Below, piece after piece: positions 17,343-27,500 of a stretch of 64,000 nucleotides of DNA. Origin of the DNA: Candidatus Eiseniibacteriota bacterium (lineage in GTDB: Bacteria > Eisenbacteria > RBG-16-71-46). Both the position numbers and the translations under genes were made by a program. Within the stretch, counting starts at the first letter, position 1, and every line of letters starts with the position of its first letter. The DNA is taken from the NCBI GenBank assembly GCA_963744995.1, contig CAVUWA010000010.1, forward strand, positions 160,001 through 224,000, written 5' to 3'. The notes beneath the pieces are model-generated. The model searched no databases, was not told where the DNA came from, and worked only from the letters and a program-made list of their open reading frames with translations.

Positions 17343-18758
17343 TCAGCGACCCAGCATCTTCGAATGCGGGCCGCCCTTCTTCACGTTCTCGATGCTCTGC
17401 CCCGAGGTATTCGAGTGGACGATCAACGGCATGTCGTGATCCCACTTGAACTCGGGATCGTTGTCGCCGTGGTGGCACTGCATGCAGGCTTCCTGCGTGA
17501 CCGGGTGCGAACTGTACTGGTCGTGGTCGGTGCCGCGGCCGTGGCAGTTCTCGCACTGCACGTTGACCTTGTCCGGCGTCATCGTCGCACTGCGGAAGCC
17601 GCCCGGCTGCTGGTAGCCGACCACATGGCACGGCACGCAGTCCGGCGTCGCGTCCTTCTTCACGTCCACCAGCGTCTGCCAGGCGATCGAGTGCGCGGTG
17701 GTCTTCCACTGATTGAATTCCGGCTCGTGGCAGCGCACGCACAGCGACGCGCCGAGGAAGCGATCGGGGCTGTCGTCGGCCGCGGTCGTCGCAGTGGCCG
17801 CCTCGCGCTCCTTCTCGACCTTGCGCATCTTCTCGTTGAAGCCTTCCTCGAAGGACTTCACGATCTGCAGCACCTCGGGCTTGTCCGGAATCTCGGGGCC
17901 GAGCGTGAACACGTCGTTCTCGCCGTTGACCACGCGGCCCTTGGCGTCGAGCGTCAGCAGGGTCCGGCCGACGTTCTGGCCCTGCTCGCCGCCATAGCAC
18001 GCCACGGTGTTCTTGATCATCCGGCCCTTGTGGAGGAGCGGGGAGTCGCGACCGATGATCACCGCGTCGATGCCGTCCACCGTCGCGACGAGGTCTTCGC
18101 TCTCGACCTTGCCGAGCTGCGAGAGGAGCACCACGACGGTCGCGCCCTTCGCGCGCATCTCCTTCACCGTGCGCTCCGCGGCGACGACCGGGTCCTCGAC
18201 CTTGATCGAGTCCGCCGACGGGCCGTAGTTGCCCTTGTCGGTGATCAGCGCGAACGCGCCGACCTTCACGTTGCCGATCGTCTTGATGATGTACGGCGGA
18301 AAGACCGGCTTGCCGGTGGCGGCGTAGGTCATGTTGGCGCAGACCGTCGGCACCTTCTTCGCCTTCGAGTTCTGGGTGAGGAACGACAGGCCGTAGCGCA
18401 GGTCACGCTCGCCGACGCCCACCGCGTCCTCGCCGATGAGCACCATGCCGTCCATCAGGAACAGCGCGACGTCTTCGTGCAGGTCGTTCACGGGGAAATA
18501 GCCGCCCGCGTCCACGTTCATGACCTGTCCGTAGCTCACCTTGATGCTGTCGATGAAACTGGCCCGCCGGGCCAGACCCCCACGGGGCGTGTGTCAGCCA
18601 CAGGGGCTGGTCTTCCCCTTGACGTCGGTCGTCGAGAGGATGACCAGCTTGTCGGGCTGCAGCAGCGGCGCGTTCGCCGCCAGCGCCGCCCGCATCGCGA
18701 CGAGCGCGATGATCATGAGGACCGACAGGGCCAGGGTCTTCTGGGCAAGAGACTTCAT
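17343..18758 (-). CDS. Secreted selenoprotein: UshA-like (C-G-U motif) domain fused to tetraheme cytochrome c (c554-like); UGA 18596-18594 = Sec55
   Basis: ORFs 18594-18833 and 17343-18539 share a frame, separated only by TGA: ..KGKTSPCG-U-HTPRGGLARRASF; 4 CxxCH (CVRCH, CVPCH, CENCH, CMQCH); signal peptide. Confidence 0.85.
18555..18593 (-). promoter_or_regulatory. Putative bacterial SECIS element
   Basis: Hairpin CUGGCCC-GGC-GGGCCAG (18575-18559); G-first apical loop 25 nt after the UGA. Confidence 0.7.
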
Positions 18759-18817
18759 TTCAGAGCGATCTCCGGAGAGCGGAGGGATGGAACGACCATG
18801 CGGCACACGAAGGCCAA

Positions 18818-18847
18818 AGTGTACGAGTCGCATCGAACGAGCGTCAA
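18818..18847 (-). promoter_or_regulatory. Sigma70-like promoter TTGACG-N18-TACACT for the selenoprotein gene
   Basis: Near-consensus hexamers ~60 nt upstream of ATG 18758. Confidence 0.6.
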
Positions 18848-18960
18848 GCCCTCGCCCGGCAGGAAGTTAGCTCGATACAAATCCCTGACATCGGGGCCGG
18901 TTCCCGCCCCCCGCGGCACCTCGTGTCAGGGGGGGGCGCGGCCGGATCGCGTCCGCCGGC

Positions 18961-19254
18961 TCAATCGGTGCTCAGGTACTTCCCGATCGGGTCGCCGAGC
19001 GGCAGATGGCGGCGCGTACCGCGATGCACCGCACGGATCTCGAAGTGGTAACGGTCGAGCCCGAAGTGCCGCTCGATGAGCTTCAGCATGCCTTCGACGG
19101 TCGCGTCGGCGCGGATCGTGCGGCCGCGGCGGCCCTGCCCGTGCGCGCGGGCGCGGCCGTCTTTGACGCCTTCCTGATACGCGCGCTTGACCAGCTGTTC
19201 CAGCGTGCGCCAGTGACGGCGCTGAAGCTTCCGGAGCGTTTGCGTCTGGGTCAT
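18961..19254 (-). CDS. Small basic hypothetical protein (97 aa)
   Basis: MTQTQTLRKLQRRHWRTLEQLVKRAYQEG...; protein-like composition, purine-rich RBS. Confidence 0.6.
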   Translation of the reverse strand: MTQTQTLRKLQRRHWRTLEQLVKRAYQEGVKDGRARAHGQGRRGRTIRADATVEGMLKLIERHFGLDRYHFEIRAVHRGTRRHLPLGDPIGKYLSTD

Positions 19255-19477
19255 TCGGCACCCCCTGTCCATGGGACCGGGGCCCGGCCGGCGGCCGCCC
19301 CGGACATGCGGAAATCTAGCAGACCCCAGGCCCCGGCCGGGCGGTTTTGCGTGCGGCGTCCGGGGCGATCGGCGGACGGGACGGCGGCCGCGGCGCGGCC
19401 GCGCCTGCTGGCGATGGACGAACGGCGGCGCTAGTGTGCCGTTCGCGGGCGCACGGCGCGCCCGGCGAGGAGACCGG

Positions 19478-20296
19478 ATGACCTTCGACACCCTGAGCGA
19501 AACCGAGTGGGAGCAGATCGAGCGGGTCTGGCTCGCCCTCGACGACGGCGACCTCGAGCGCGCCGCGCGCGAGATGCGCCGCATCGATCGCGCGCGACTC
19601 GGCCACCCCGACGTGCGTGTGATCGCCGCGGCGCTGGCGCTCGACGAGGGGGACGCGCGCACGGCGCTCGAACGCCTCGAGGGCGCAGAACGCTCGGCGG
19701 ATCCGGCGTTCTTCTTCTTCCTGCGCGCCCGTGCGCTCTACGAATCGTGCCGGTTCGAAGACGCGCGCATCGATGCCGGGAAGTCGCTCGCGATCCAGCC
19801 CGAGGCCCCGGAGGTGCACGACCTGCTGTCGCGCATCGCCGACCATCTCGGCGCCGCCGAAGCCGCCGCGGAGCACGCGGCCGAGGCGCACGAGCTGGAC
19901 CCCGAGGGCTTCCCGCTGCCGCTCGAAGTCGAGGACGGGGCTTTCGACGCAGTGGTCGAGAAGAGTCTCGCCGAGCTGCCGCGCGAGGTGCGGAAACACC
20001 TCCGCGAGTGGCCGGTGATCGTCGATCATCTGCCGGCGCCGGAGCTGCTCACCGGCGACACCCCGCCGCTCTCCCCGGATCTGCTCGGACTGTTCGTCGG
20101 CCGCGATCTCATGACCCGCTCCTTCGAGGACACGCCCGGCGTGCCGGGGACGATCCATCTGTTCCGCAGGAACCTGCTGCGCATGTGTCGCGATCGCGAG
20201 GAGCTGGAACTGGAGATCCAGACCACCGTGCGGCACGAAGTCGGCCACCTGCTGGGGCTGGACGAGGACGACCTCGAGGAGTGGGGGCTCGGCTAG
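19478..20296 (+). CDS. TPR + minimal zincin-like metallopeptidase
   Basis: TPR-like helices; PDLLGLF.G, IHLFRRNL, TVRHEVGHLLGLDEDDL; GAGGAG RBS. Confidence 0.88.
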   Translation: MTFDTLSETEWEQIERVWLALDDGDLERAAREMRRIDRARLGHPDVRVIAAALALDEGDARTALERLEGAERSADPAFFFFLRARALYESCRFEDARIDAGKSLAIQPEAPEVHDLLSRIADHLGAAEAAAEHAAEAHELDPEGFPLPLEVEDGAFDAVVEKSLAELPREVRKHLREWPVIVDHLPAPELLTGDTPPLSPDLLGLFVGRDLMTRSFEDTPGVPGTIHLFRRNLLRMCRDREELELEIQTTVRHEVGHLLGLDEDDLEEWGLG

Positions 20297-22716
20297 GCGC
20301 CGGGTGCGGGAGCGCGGCGCCGCGCGACCAGCAGCGTGATGTCGTCGGCGGGTCCGCTCTCGCCTTCGAACGCACGGACCTCGTCCACCACCGTCGCGAC
20401 GATCCGCGTGGCGGGTGCCTCACCGAGCCGGCGCAGCGCTTCGACCAGCCGCGCTTCGCCCCACATCTCGCCGTTCGCGTTCGCGCCCTCGGTGACGCCG
20501 TCGGTGTAGAGCGCGAGCAGATCGCCGTGGCCGAGCGCGGTTTCGCCCGCCACGAACGGCGAGCCGGGCAGGATGCCGAGAATCGTGCCGCCCTCGCTCA
20601 GCTCATCCGTGCTTCCATCCGCGCGCATCACGTACGGCGGATTGTGCCCCGCGTTCACGTACACGAACCGCCCGGTGGCGGCGTCGAGGAACCCCACGAA
20701 TGCCGTGACGAAGCGTCCGGGCTCGACGCTCTGGTGCAGGAATCCGTTGAGCCGCACGGCGAGCGACGAGGGCTCGGCGCCCGAGAGATCCTGGCTCACC
20801 AGCGCCGCGCGGAACGCCGACATCAGCAGCGCCGCCGGAACGCCTTTGCCCGACACGTCGGCGATCACCAGCACCAGGCGTCCGCCGCCGAGATCGATGT
20901 GGTCGTAGTAGTCGCCGCCCACCTGCCGCGCCGGCTCGCTGGTGCCGGCGATGTCCCAGCCCGGCACCCGGAGCGGCGCCGCCGGCAGCAGCCGTGACTG
21001 GATCCGCCGCGCGAGCTCGAGCTCGTTCTCGAGCCGGTCGCGCTCCTTCTCGAGATCGCGCGCGCGCTCCAGCCCGCCGATGGCCTGGTTGAACGCGCGC
21101 GCGACGTCCCACAGTTCGTCTTCGCCGCGGACCGGAATGCGGTGTGCGAGGTCGCCGGCTTCGAGTTGCGTCGCGCCGCGGCGCAGCGCGCCGATGGCGC
21201 CGGCGATGCTGCGCCCCATGTTGAGCACCATCGCGAAGTCGAAGAGCGCGACCAGGCCGAACAGCCCGCCGAAGAACAAGACCAGCACGAGCGGCACGAC
21301 GTCGAGTTCGTTCTTCTGCGCGCGCGAGAACAGCTCGCCGAGGACGACCCGCGGATCGAGCGTGATCGCCAGGACGTAACGGGTCGTGCGCCAGCCGGAA
21401 CGGTGGCGTGCGACGCCGGCGATCGCGGTCTGGCCGACGGGGATGAATGCGCCGGCGCTGGAGTCGCCGCCGAACGTGCCGGCGTCGATCGTGTCGTCCG
21501 GAAACGTGAACCGCACGCGCCCGCCGGACCGCTCGCGCTGGATTCCCGCGTGGGCACTGTCCGCGAGCATTTCGAGGTCCCCGGGGTCGAGGCCGCCCAG
21601 CAGCCGCACCCGACCGCCGATGAAGCGGGCGCCGAGGCTGTCGGCCACCGCGGCGGCGGGCAGCAGGACCACCGCCGCGCGGCGGGCGGGGTCGCCCGCG
21701 ATCGCCCCGAGCCAGGTCCGGCCGGCGAAGCCGACGAGCCCCGCGCGCGGCACGCTGTCGGACACGGCGAACCAGCCGAAGAGCAGCGAGTCGCGCGCGA
21801 GCGGCGCGCCGAACACGCGGCGCAGGCGCCCGGCTTCGATCCACCACGCCCGCGCGCCGGCGGTGTCGGCGCGCGCGAGCGCGGCGCGACGCAGGTCGTC
21901 GGCGCCATGTCCGCCGGAGCCGAGCGACAGCGTCAGGTCGCGCTCGAGACCGGCCCCCTCGTGTTCCAGCACCCGCGCCGCGAGCCGGGCGCGTTCCGCC
22001 CCCACGCCCACCACCGTGGTGACCGCCCACAGCAACGCGGTGAGACCGAGCGGCACCAGCACGACCAGCAGGTGGGACAGCGCGAGCCGGCGCCCCACGC
22101 GGCGGATGCTGAGGGTCGGGTCGCGCACGAAACCGGCGAACATCGCGACCACGCCCGCCACGGTGTAGAAGGTCGCGACGAGTCGGGCCCAGCGCGCGAA
22201 CCGCGCGAGCGACTCCAGCGCCGAGCCTTCCGCCGGGGCCGCGCCGCTCCCCGGCAGCCGGATCAGCAGCAGCACCGACAGCAGCACGGCGAGCAGCCCG
22301 AGGCGGAACAGCGTGCGACTCGAATAGCCGTCCTTCCAGCGGTAGCAGAGAATCGAGGCGCAGACGAAACCGGCGCTCACGCCCCACGGCGCCGGCGTCA
22401 GCGCGACGATCGCGGCGATCCCGAGCAGCGGCACGCGCAGGAACACGTCGCGGCGGCGCGGGTGCAGGTGGACGAGCCACATCAGCGCGGCCCAGGCAGC
22501 GAGCCCGGCGAGCGCCGCCGCGGCGATCAGCAGCGGCCGGGCGCCCGCCAGCCAGCCGGCCTGCCATGCCTCGACCAGCAGGTCGTTCGCGAGCGTGGCC
22601 GCAGCGAACCACGCGAGCGCCCGCGAAGACGCGCGCGCGCGGCGCGCACGGCGCGCGACGAAAAAGGCCGTGACGATGGCCACGGCGGCGACCATGAAAT
22701 GCGGCATGAGCGGCAC
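20293..22716 (-). CDS. Membrane PP2C/SpoIIE (RsbU-like) phosphatase with HAMP domain
   Basis: Multiple TMs; HAMP (DELWDVARAFN); VGGDYYD, IADVSGKG, NAGHNPP, YTDGVTE, DDITLL; start uncertain. Confidence 0.92.
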   Translation of the reverse strand: MPLMPHFMVAAVAIVTAFFVARRARRARASSRALAWFAAATLANDLLVEAWQAGWLAGARPLLIAAAALAGLAAWAALMWLVHLHPRRRDVFLRVPLLGIAAIVALTPAPWGVSAGFVCASILCYRWKDGYSSRTLFRLGLLAVLLSVLLLIRLPGSGAAPAEGSALESLARFARWARLVATFYTVAGVVAMFAGFVRDPTLSIRRVGRRLALSHLLVVLVPLGLTALLWAVTTVVGVGAERARLAARVLEHEGAGLERDLTLSLGSGGHGADDLRRAALARADTAGARAWWIEAGRLRRVFGAPLARDSLLFGWFAVSDSVPRAGLVGFAGRTWLGAIAGDPARRAAVVLLPAAAVADSLGARFIGGRVRLLGGLDPGDLEMLADSAHAGIQRERSGGRVRFTFPDDTIDAGTFGGDSSAGAFIPVGQTAIAGVARHRSGWRTTRYVLAITLDPRVVLGELFSRAQKNELDVVPLVLVLFFGGLFGLVALFDFAMVLNMGRSIAGAIGALRRGATQLEAGDLAHRIPVRGEDELWDVARAFNQAIGGLERARDLEKERDRLENELELARRIQSRLLPAAPLRVPGWDIAGTSEPARQVGGDYYDHIDLGGGRLVLVIADVSGKGVPAALLMSAFRAALVSQDLSGAEPSSLAVRLNGFLHQSVEPGRFVTAFVGFLDAATGRFVYVNAGHNPPYVMRADGSTDELSEGGTILGILPGSPFVAGETALGHGDLLALYTDGVTEGANANGEMWGEARLVEALRRLGEAPATRIVATVVDEVRAFEGESGPADDITLLVARRRAPAPGA

Positions 22717-22875
22717 TCTACCCGGCGCGCGCGCGCGTCGCGAGCGGCGGCGGCGGCGACGGCGCGCGCTCTGGCATATCGCCGCGCGATCTGGAAGACT
22801 GCCGCGCAGACGTCTTCATGCTCCGCCGCCGTCCTCCGCCGGGCCGCGGCCCGAAAGCTCACGTGAGGAACGGAC

Positions 22876-23481
22876 GTGCGCGTCAAGGTCAGCCTCGCCA
22901 TTCTTTTCGTCGTCGCCCTCGCCGGGCTGATCGGCGTGCTGGCGAAGCTGCAGGACGCCAACCTGCGGGCGCTCGAAGCCGAGCAGGCGCTGAAGATCGC
23001 GCGCCAGCATCAGAGCGACATCGAGAGCTGGGCGAAGAGCGTGACCGATTCGCTCGGCCGTGCGCTCACCCTGGCGGAGCCGCCCGCCGCGCTTGCGCTC
23101 GACGACACCACACGCGGCCGGCTGGCCGCACGCGCCGCGCTGGCTTCGGCGCGCTACTGGTACGGCCAGGCGCAGCGTGCGCGCAACGCCCAGCTCGATC
23201 TGCTCGACCCGACCGAGGTGGCGCTGCTGAAGGCGCGCGGCCTCGAGGATCCGGTGCACGACCTGCGCGAGGACCTCATGCGCCGCCGCGACCTGATCCC
23301 CTACGAGGGCGTGCTCGGCGGCCGCATGCAGTTCGTGCCGTCGGGCATCGCGGTCCTGTCGCCCGAGTGGGTGTACGCCCGCTTCGAGGACGGCCATGTC
23401 GGCGGCAGCTGCCTGCTCGCGTTCGACGTCCTGCCGAGCGGCGAGATCGTCTGGCGCCGCATCGCCGCGCGCCAGGACTGA
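22876..23481 (+). CDS. Hypothetical membrane-anchored protein
   Basis: N-terminal TM, coiled coil, C-terminal GVLGGRMQF..WVYARFEDGHVGG; GAGGA RBS. Confidence 0.7.
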   Translation: MRVKVSLAILFVVALAGLIGVLAKLQDANLRALEAEQALKIARQHQSDIESWAKSVTDSLGRALTLAEPPAALALDDTTRGRLAARAALASARYWYGQAQRARNAQLDLLDPTEVALLKARGLEDPVHDLREDLMRRRDLIPYEGVLGGRMQFVPSGIAVLSPEWVYARFEDGHVGGSCLLAFDVLPSGEIVWRRIAARQD

Positions 23482-23624
23482 GCCGTGATGGCCGCCGCGC
23501 CGGCGACGGCGCGGCGTGCAAACGGCCGCGCTTGGCGCGGGCGCGCCGCGCCGATACGATACGTGCGCCGCCGCGCGCCGATCATCGCGTGCGCGATTCG
23601 ACCTTCATCTCCGGGAGGCACGCA

Positions 23625-24440
23625 TTGATCATCGACGTCCACACGCACGTCAACAACTACGACGAAACCCGTACGGTCCCGATCCAGAAGACGATCGACG
23701 AGCTCGACGAATCGATGCGCTACAACAAGGTGGATCACGTGATGGTGCTGACGTCCTACATCGTCAACGAGCACCGCTACACGGTGAAGGAAACCGTGGA
23801 GGCCACCGCGGATCGGCCCGGAATGCACGTCGTGGCGGGCGTGAGCCTCAGCCGCTACCGCGAGCGCGACATGCGCGAGATCGCGGACTACCTGGCCGAC
23901 GGCAAGGTCGTCGGGCTCAAGCTCTATCCGGGCTACGAGCCGTTCTATCCGTACGACCAGCGCTGCCGGATCGTCTACGACCTCGCCGCCGAGTTCGACG
24001 TGCCGGTGATGATCCACACCGGCGACACCTACAACCCGAAGGGCAAGGTGCGGTATTCGCATCCGCTCAACGTCGACGACGTCGCCGTGGATCATCCGAA
24101 CGTGAAGTTCGTGATCTGTCACATCGGCAACCCGTGGATCCGCGACTGCATGGAGCTGGTCTACAAGAACAAGAACGTCTACGCCGACATCTCGGGACTC
24201 GTGCTCGGCGATTTCAAGTCGCGCTTCAAGCGCTTCATGCTGCAGCAGGTGAAGGAGATGATCCTCTACGCGGGCGAGCCGCGTTACCTGCTCTACGGCA
24301 CCGACTGGCCGATCTGCCGCATGCGCACCTACCTCCAGTTCGTGAAGGAGCTCGGACTCTCCGAGGAGGGCAGGCAGATGATCCTCTGGAAGAACGCGGC
24401 GCGGCTGTTCAAACTCGACGTCGGCGAGAAGGTGGCGTAG
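23625..24440 (+). CDS. Amidohydrolase family protein (amidohydrolase_2-like)
   Basis: IIDVHTH, GLKLYPGY, VMIHTG, VICHIGNPW, YGTDWP; TTG start after GGGAGG. Confidence 0.9.
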   Translation: MIIDVHTHVNNYDETRTVPIQKTIDELDESMRYNKVDHVMVLTSYIVNEHRYTVKETVEATADRPGMHVVAGVSLSRYRERDMREIADYLADGKVVGLKLYPGYEPFYPYDQRCRIVYDLAAEFDVPVMIHTGDTYNPKGKVRYSHPLNVDDVAVDHPNVKFVICHIGNPWIRDCMELVYKNKNVYADISGLVLGDFKSRFKRFMLQQVKEMILYAGEPRYLLYGTDWPICRMRTYLQFVKELGLSEEGRQMILWKNAARLFKLDVGEKVA

Positions 24441-24558
24441 GCGCGCCTCTCGCCGTGCGGCAGCACCACCGCGTCAGCGCGCCGATCGCGCTGCGGCGCC
24501 ATGCCGGCTGCCGCGCGGCCGACCGCGCCACCGCCGGCCGGAGGGTCCGTCGTTTCGC

Positions 24559-27500
24559 CTACTGGATGCCGCCGATGCTGCCGGCGCGGGTGCCGCGCTC
24601 GTAGTAGATCTCGCGCTGCTCCTTGATGCTGATGCGGAAGTAGTACTCGGCTTCGCCGCCGGCGATGAACGTGCGCGTGAAGCTCATCTGCCAGCAGTGC
24701 AGGTCGCGCGACAGCGAGAAACGCTGCGTCTGCATGATGCGCTGGGTGATGTCGTAGGACGCCGACCAGTCGAGGGCCCAGCCCGGGCTCAGCTGGTAGG
24801 TGATCACGCCGTTCGCGGTCTGCTGGTTGCGCCACTTGGTGCCGACGTAGCCGCCCGCGAGCGAGTAGGCCGCCGACAGCGACCACTGGTCGCCCGAGAA
24901 CGACGACTCGCGCTCGCGGCCGTCGACCGGCAGCTCGCCGCCCTGCCCCTGTTGCGCGCCGCTGCTCGCCAGGTTGAGTCCCGTGCTCAGCCCCATGGAG
25001 CGCACCGGGTGCGGCTGGTAGACATCCGTCGTCCAGCCGAACGTCACGTTGAGCAGCCGGGGCGGCTGGATGCGGATGCTCGACCCGATCGTCGACAGCG
25101 GGTGTTCGAGGCCGCGCTCCTTCCACAGGAAGTTGTAGCTGCCCGAGGTCGACCACGAGAGCAGGTTGTCGAGGCGCTGCACGTCCTGGCCGTGGCGCAG
25201 CTTGACCTGGAAACGCTGGTCGAGGGCGAAGCTCATCGAGGCGCTCTTGAACCCGGAGACGCCGATGCCGCCGAAGTTCGAAAACCGGCTGCGGCGGCCG
25301 CCGAACTCGTCCGTGTAGATGAGGTTCGGGAAATCCGGGCTGTAGGAGAAGCTCGCGCTCGGGAACACCACGTGGCGAATCCCCTCGACCGCCCCCCAGC
25401 GCGGCAGGAACGTGCCGTAGAACGTGCTGCTCGCGGTGAGCCCGGAGGACCACGTCCCGGTCGGGACGACTTTGTGGCCGAGCTCATCGAAGTCGAAGAC
25501 GACCACCTTGGAACTGAACCGGGGCACGAGATTCAGCCAGCCGAACAGGCGGCGCGAGTCCGAGATCGAGATGTCGTTGGAGAGCGCCCGGCGCACGCTC
25601 ACCCGCTGGGTCAGCACGTTGGAAGAGTCCGGCTGCCCGTCGGTCGTGAAGTAGTTGCGGCCCGATATCAGCCCACGCTGCTGGCGCAGCGAAACGAAGC
25701 GGCTCGACAGGGTCGCATAGATGCTGGCGAGCGGCTTCTCGAGGGGCGTGCCTTTGAGGAAGCCGAGGCTGCCGATCTGCCGCGTCGGGAAGCTCAGGGA
25801 CAGGGTGGGTTCGTTCTGGGTCAGGTTCGACAGCGACGCCGGAGTGCCGATCGGCAGGGTCGGATCCTTGATCGCCTGGTCGGCGTCGAGATCCTGGCGC
25901 CGGTCGAGGATCAGATTCCAGCTCGCCCAGCTGCTGGTGCGCGACACCGCGATGCTCGAGGTGAGGAAGCGGTTGAGCCGCTGCTCGAGCGTACGGCCGT
26001 AGTCGTTGCTCGTGCTGAAGTCGCGGCTCGAGATGAACTGCGCCCGCCCGACGAGCCGCGTATTGGGATCGAGGTTCTGCCGGTGGTTGGCCTCGAGCGA
26101 CCAGTCGTCGCGCTGCGAGAGCTCGTTGCGCGCAAAGGCGGTGTTGATGTCGCCGTCCAGCACGTAGAGCAGGTTGTAACGGCCCTCGCCGCGGAGCTGC
26201 CAGGACGGCTGCGCGCGGTAGTAGTCGCCCGCGACCGTGAAGTCCATGTAGTCGTTGGTCGCCCAGTAGTAGCCTGCGTTGCGGATGAACTGCCCGGCCC
26301 GGTTGTTGAAGCCGAGCTCGAACTGCGGGAACAGGAAGCCGGAATGGCGTCCCGGCTTGATCGGGAACACCCAGAACGGCAGAGCGAGCAGCGGCACGTT
26401 CTTCACGTAGAACACCACCGGCTTCGCGACCAGCTTGTCCTTGAGGTAGATCTTCATCCAGTGCGCCGCGAAGTGGTAGTGCGGCTCGGCCAGATCACAG
26501 GTCGTGTAGCTGCCGTTGAGCACGTCCAGCTCGTTTTCGCTCACCTTGCGGATCTGCCCGCCGTGGTAGAGGCCGCGCTCGTAGGTGGTCTCGGCCTTGT
26601 AGATGGTGCCGACCCGGGTGTCGAGGTCGTACGTCATCAGATGCCCGGTGACCTCGTCGCCGCGCTCCATGAGCTGCGGATCGCCTTCGGCGACCAGGGT
26701 CTGCTTGTTCACGTCGAACTCGACGCGGCGCGACTCCAGCTTCATGTCGCGGTATTCGAGGTGCGACTTGCCGTCGAGCACGATCTGGCTCTTCGGCACC
26801 TCGAACGTGATCTGCCGCGCGCTGTAGGTCACGATCTCGCGCCTGGCCGCCACCGTGTCGGCGGCATCCACCGCCATGTGGTACTCGCCCTGCGCCCCGC
26901 CCTCGACCCGCGCGCGCTCGACCTTGCGGTCCTTGAAGAAGATCGTGATCGTGTCGCCCGTCGCCTGGTTGCGCTCCGCCGTCTGCCCTTCGCGCGGCGT
27001 GGCACGGTATTCGTTCCGGGCGCTGCCGACCGCCACCAGGCTGTCGATGTCCTCGTGCGTGAAGAACACGTCGACGCGGTCACCGTACAGCCGCGTCGCT
27101 TCGCCGACCGTCTGCGGGCGCGCACCCGCGTAGTCCATGACGGCATTGGAGCGCACGATGACCTGCTTGAGCACGCGCTTTTCGGTGAGCACCTCGAGCG
27201 TGTCGCCGGTGACGCGGGTCTGGTCGTCGCGGACCTCGGGATGCCCGAGCAGGATGCCGCGCTCGGCGACGTCGTCGAAACGCGCATAGTCGGCCGAGGC
27301 GCGCAGCGAGTCGCGCACCACGTGCACCGAGTCGACGGCCTCGGCGACGCGCGTGCGGGTGTTGACGCGCAGCGTGTCGGCCCTGAGCTCGGTGATCACG
27401 CCGTCGTCGTCCTTCGAGCGCAGCCGCGGCGCGCCGGTCGCGACGGCCAGGTCGGTGCCGCGGTCGTAGTCCACCGCGTCGCCCTCCAGCACGAGGTGGT

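Noticed and set aside
18594..18596. TGA as a true stop (54-aa peptide plus separate gene, or a pseudogene)
   Set aside because: Domain continues in frame across it, it sits in a CxU motif with a SECIS-like hairpin, and the downstream ORF alone lacks the signal peptide a c-type cytochrome needs
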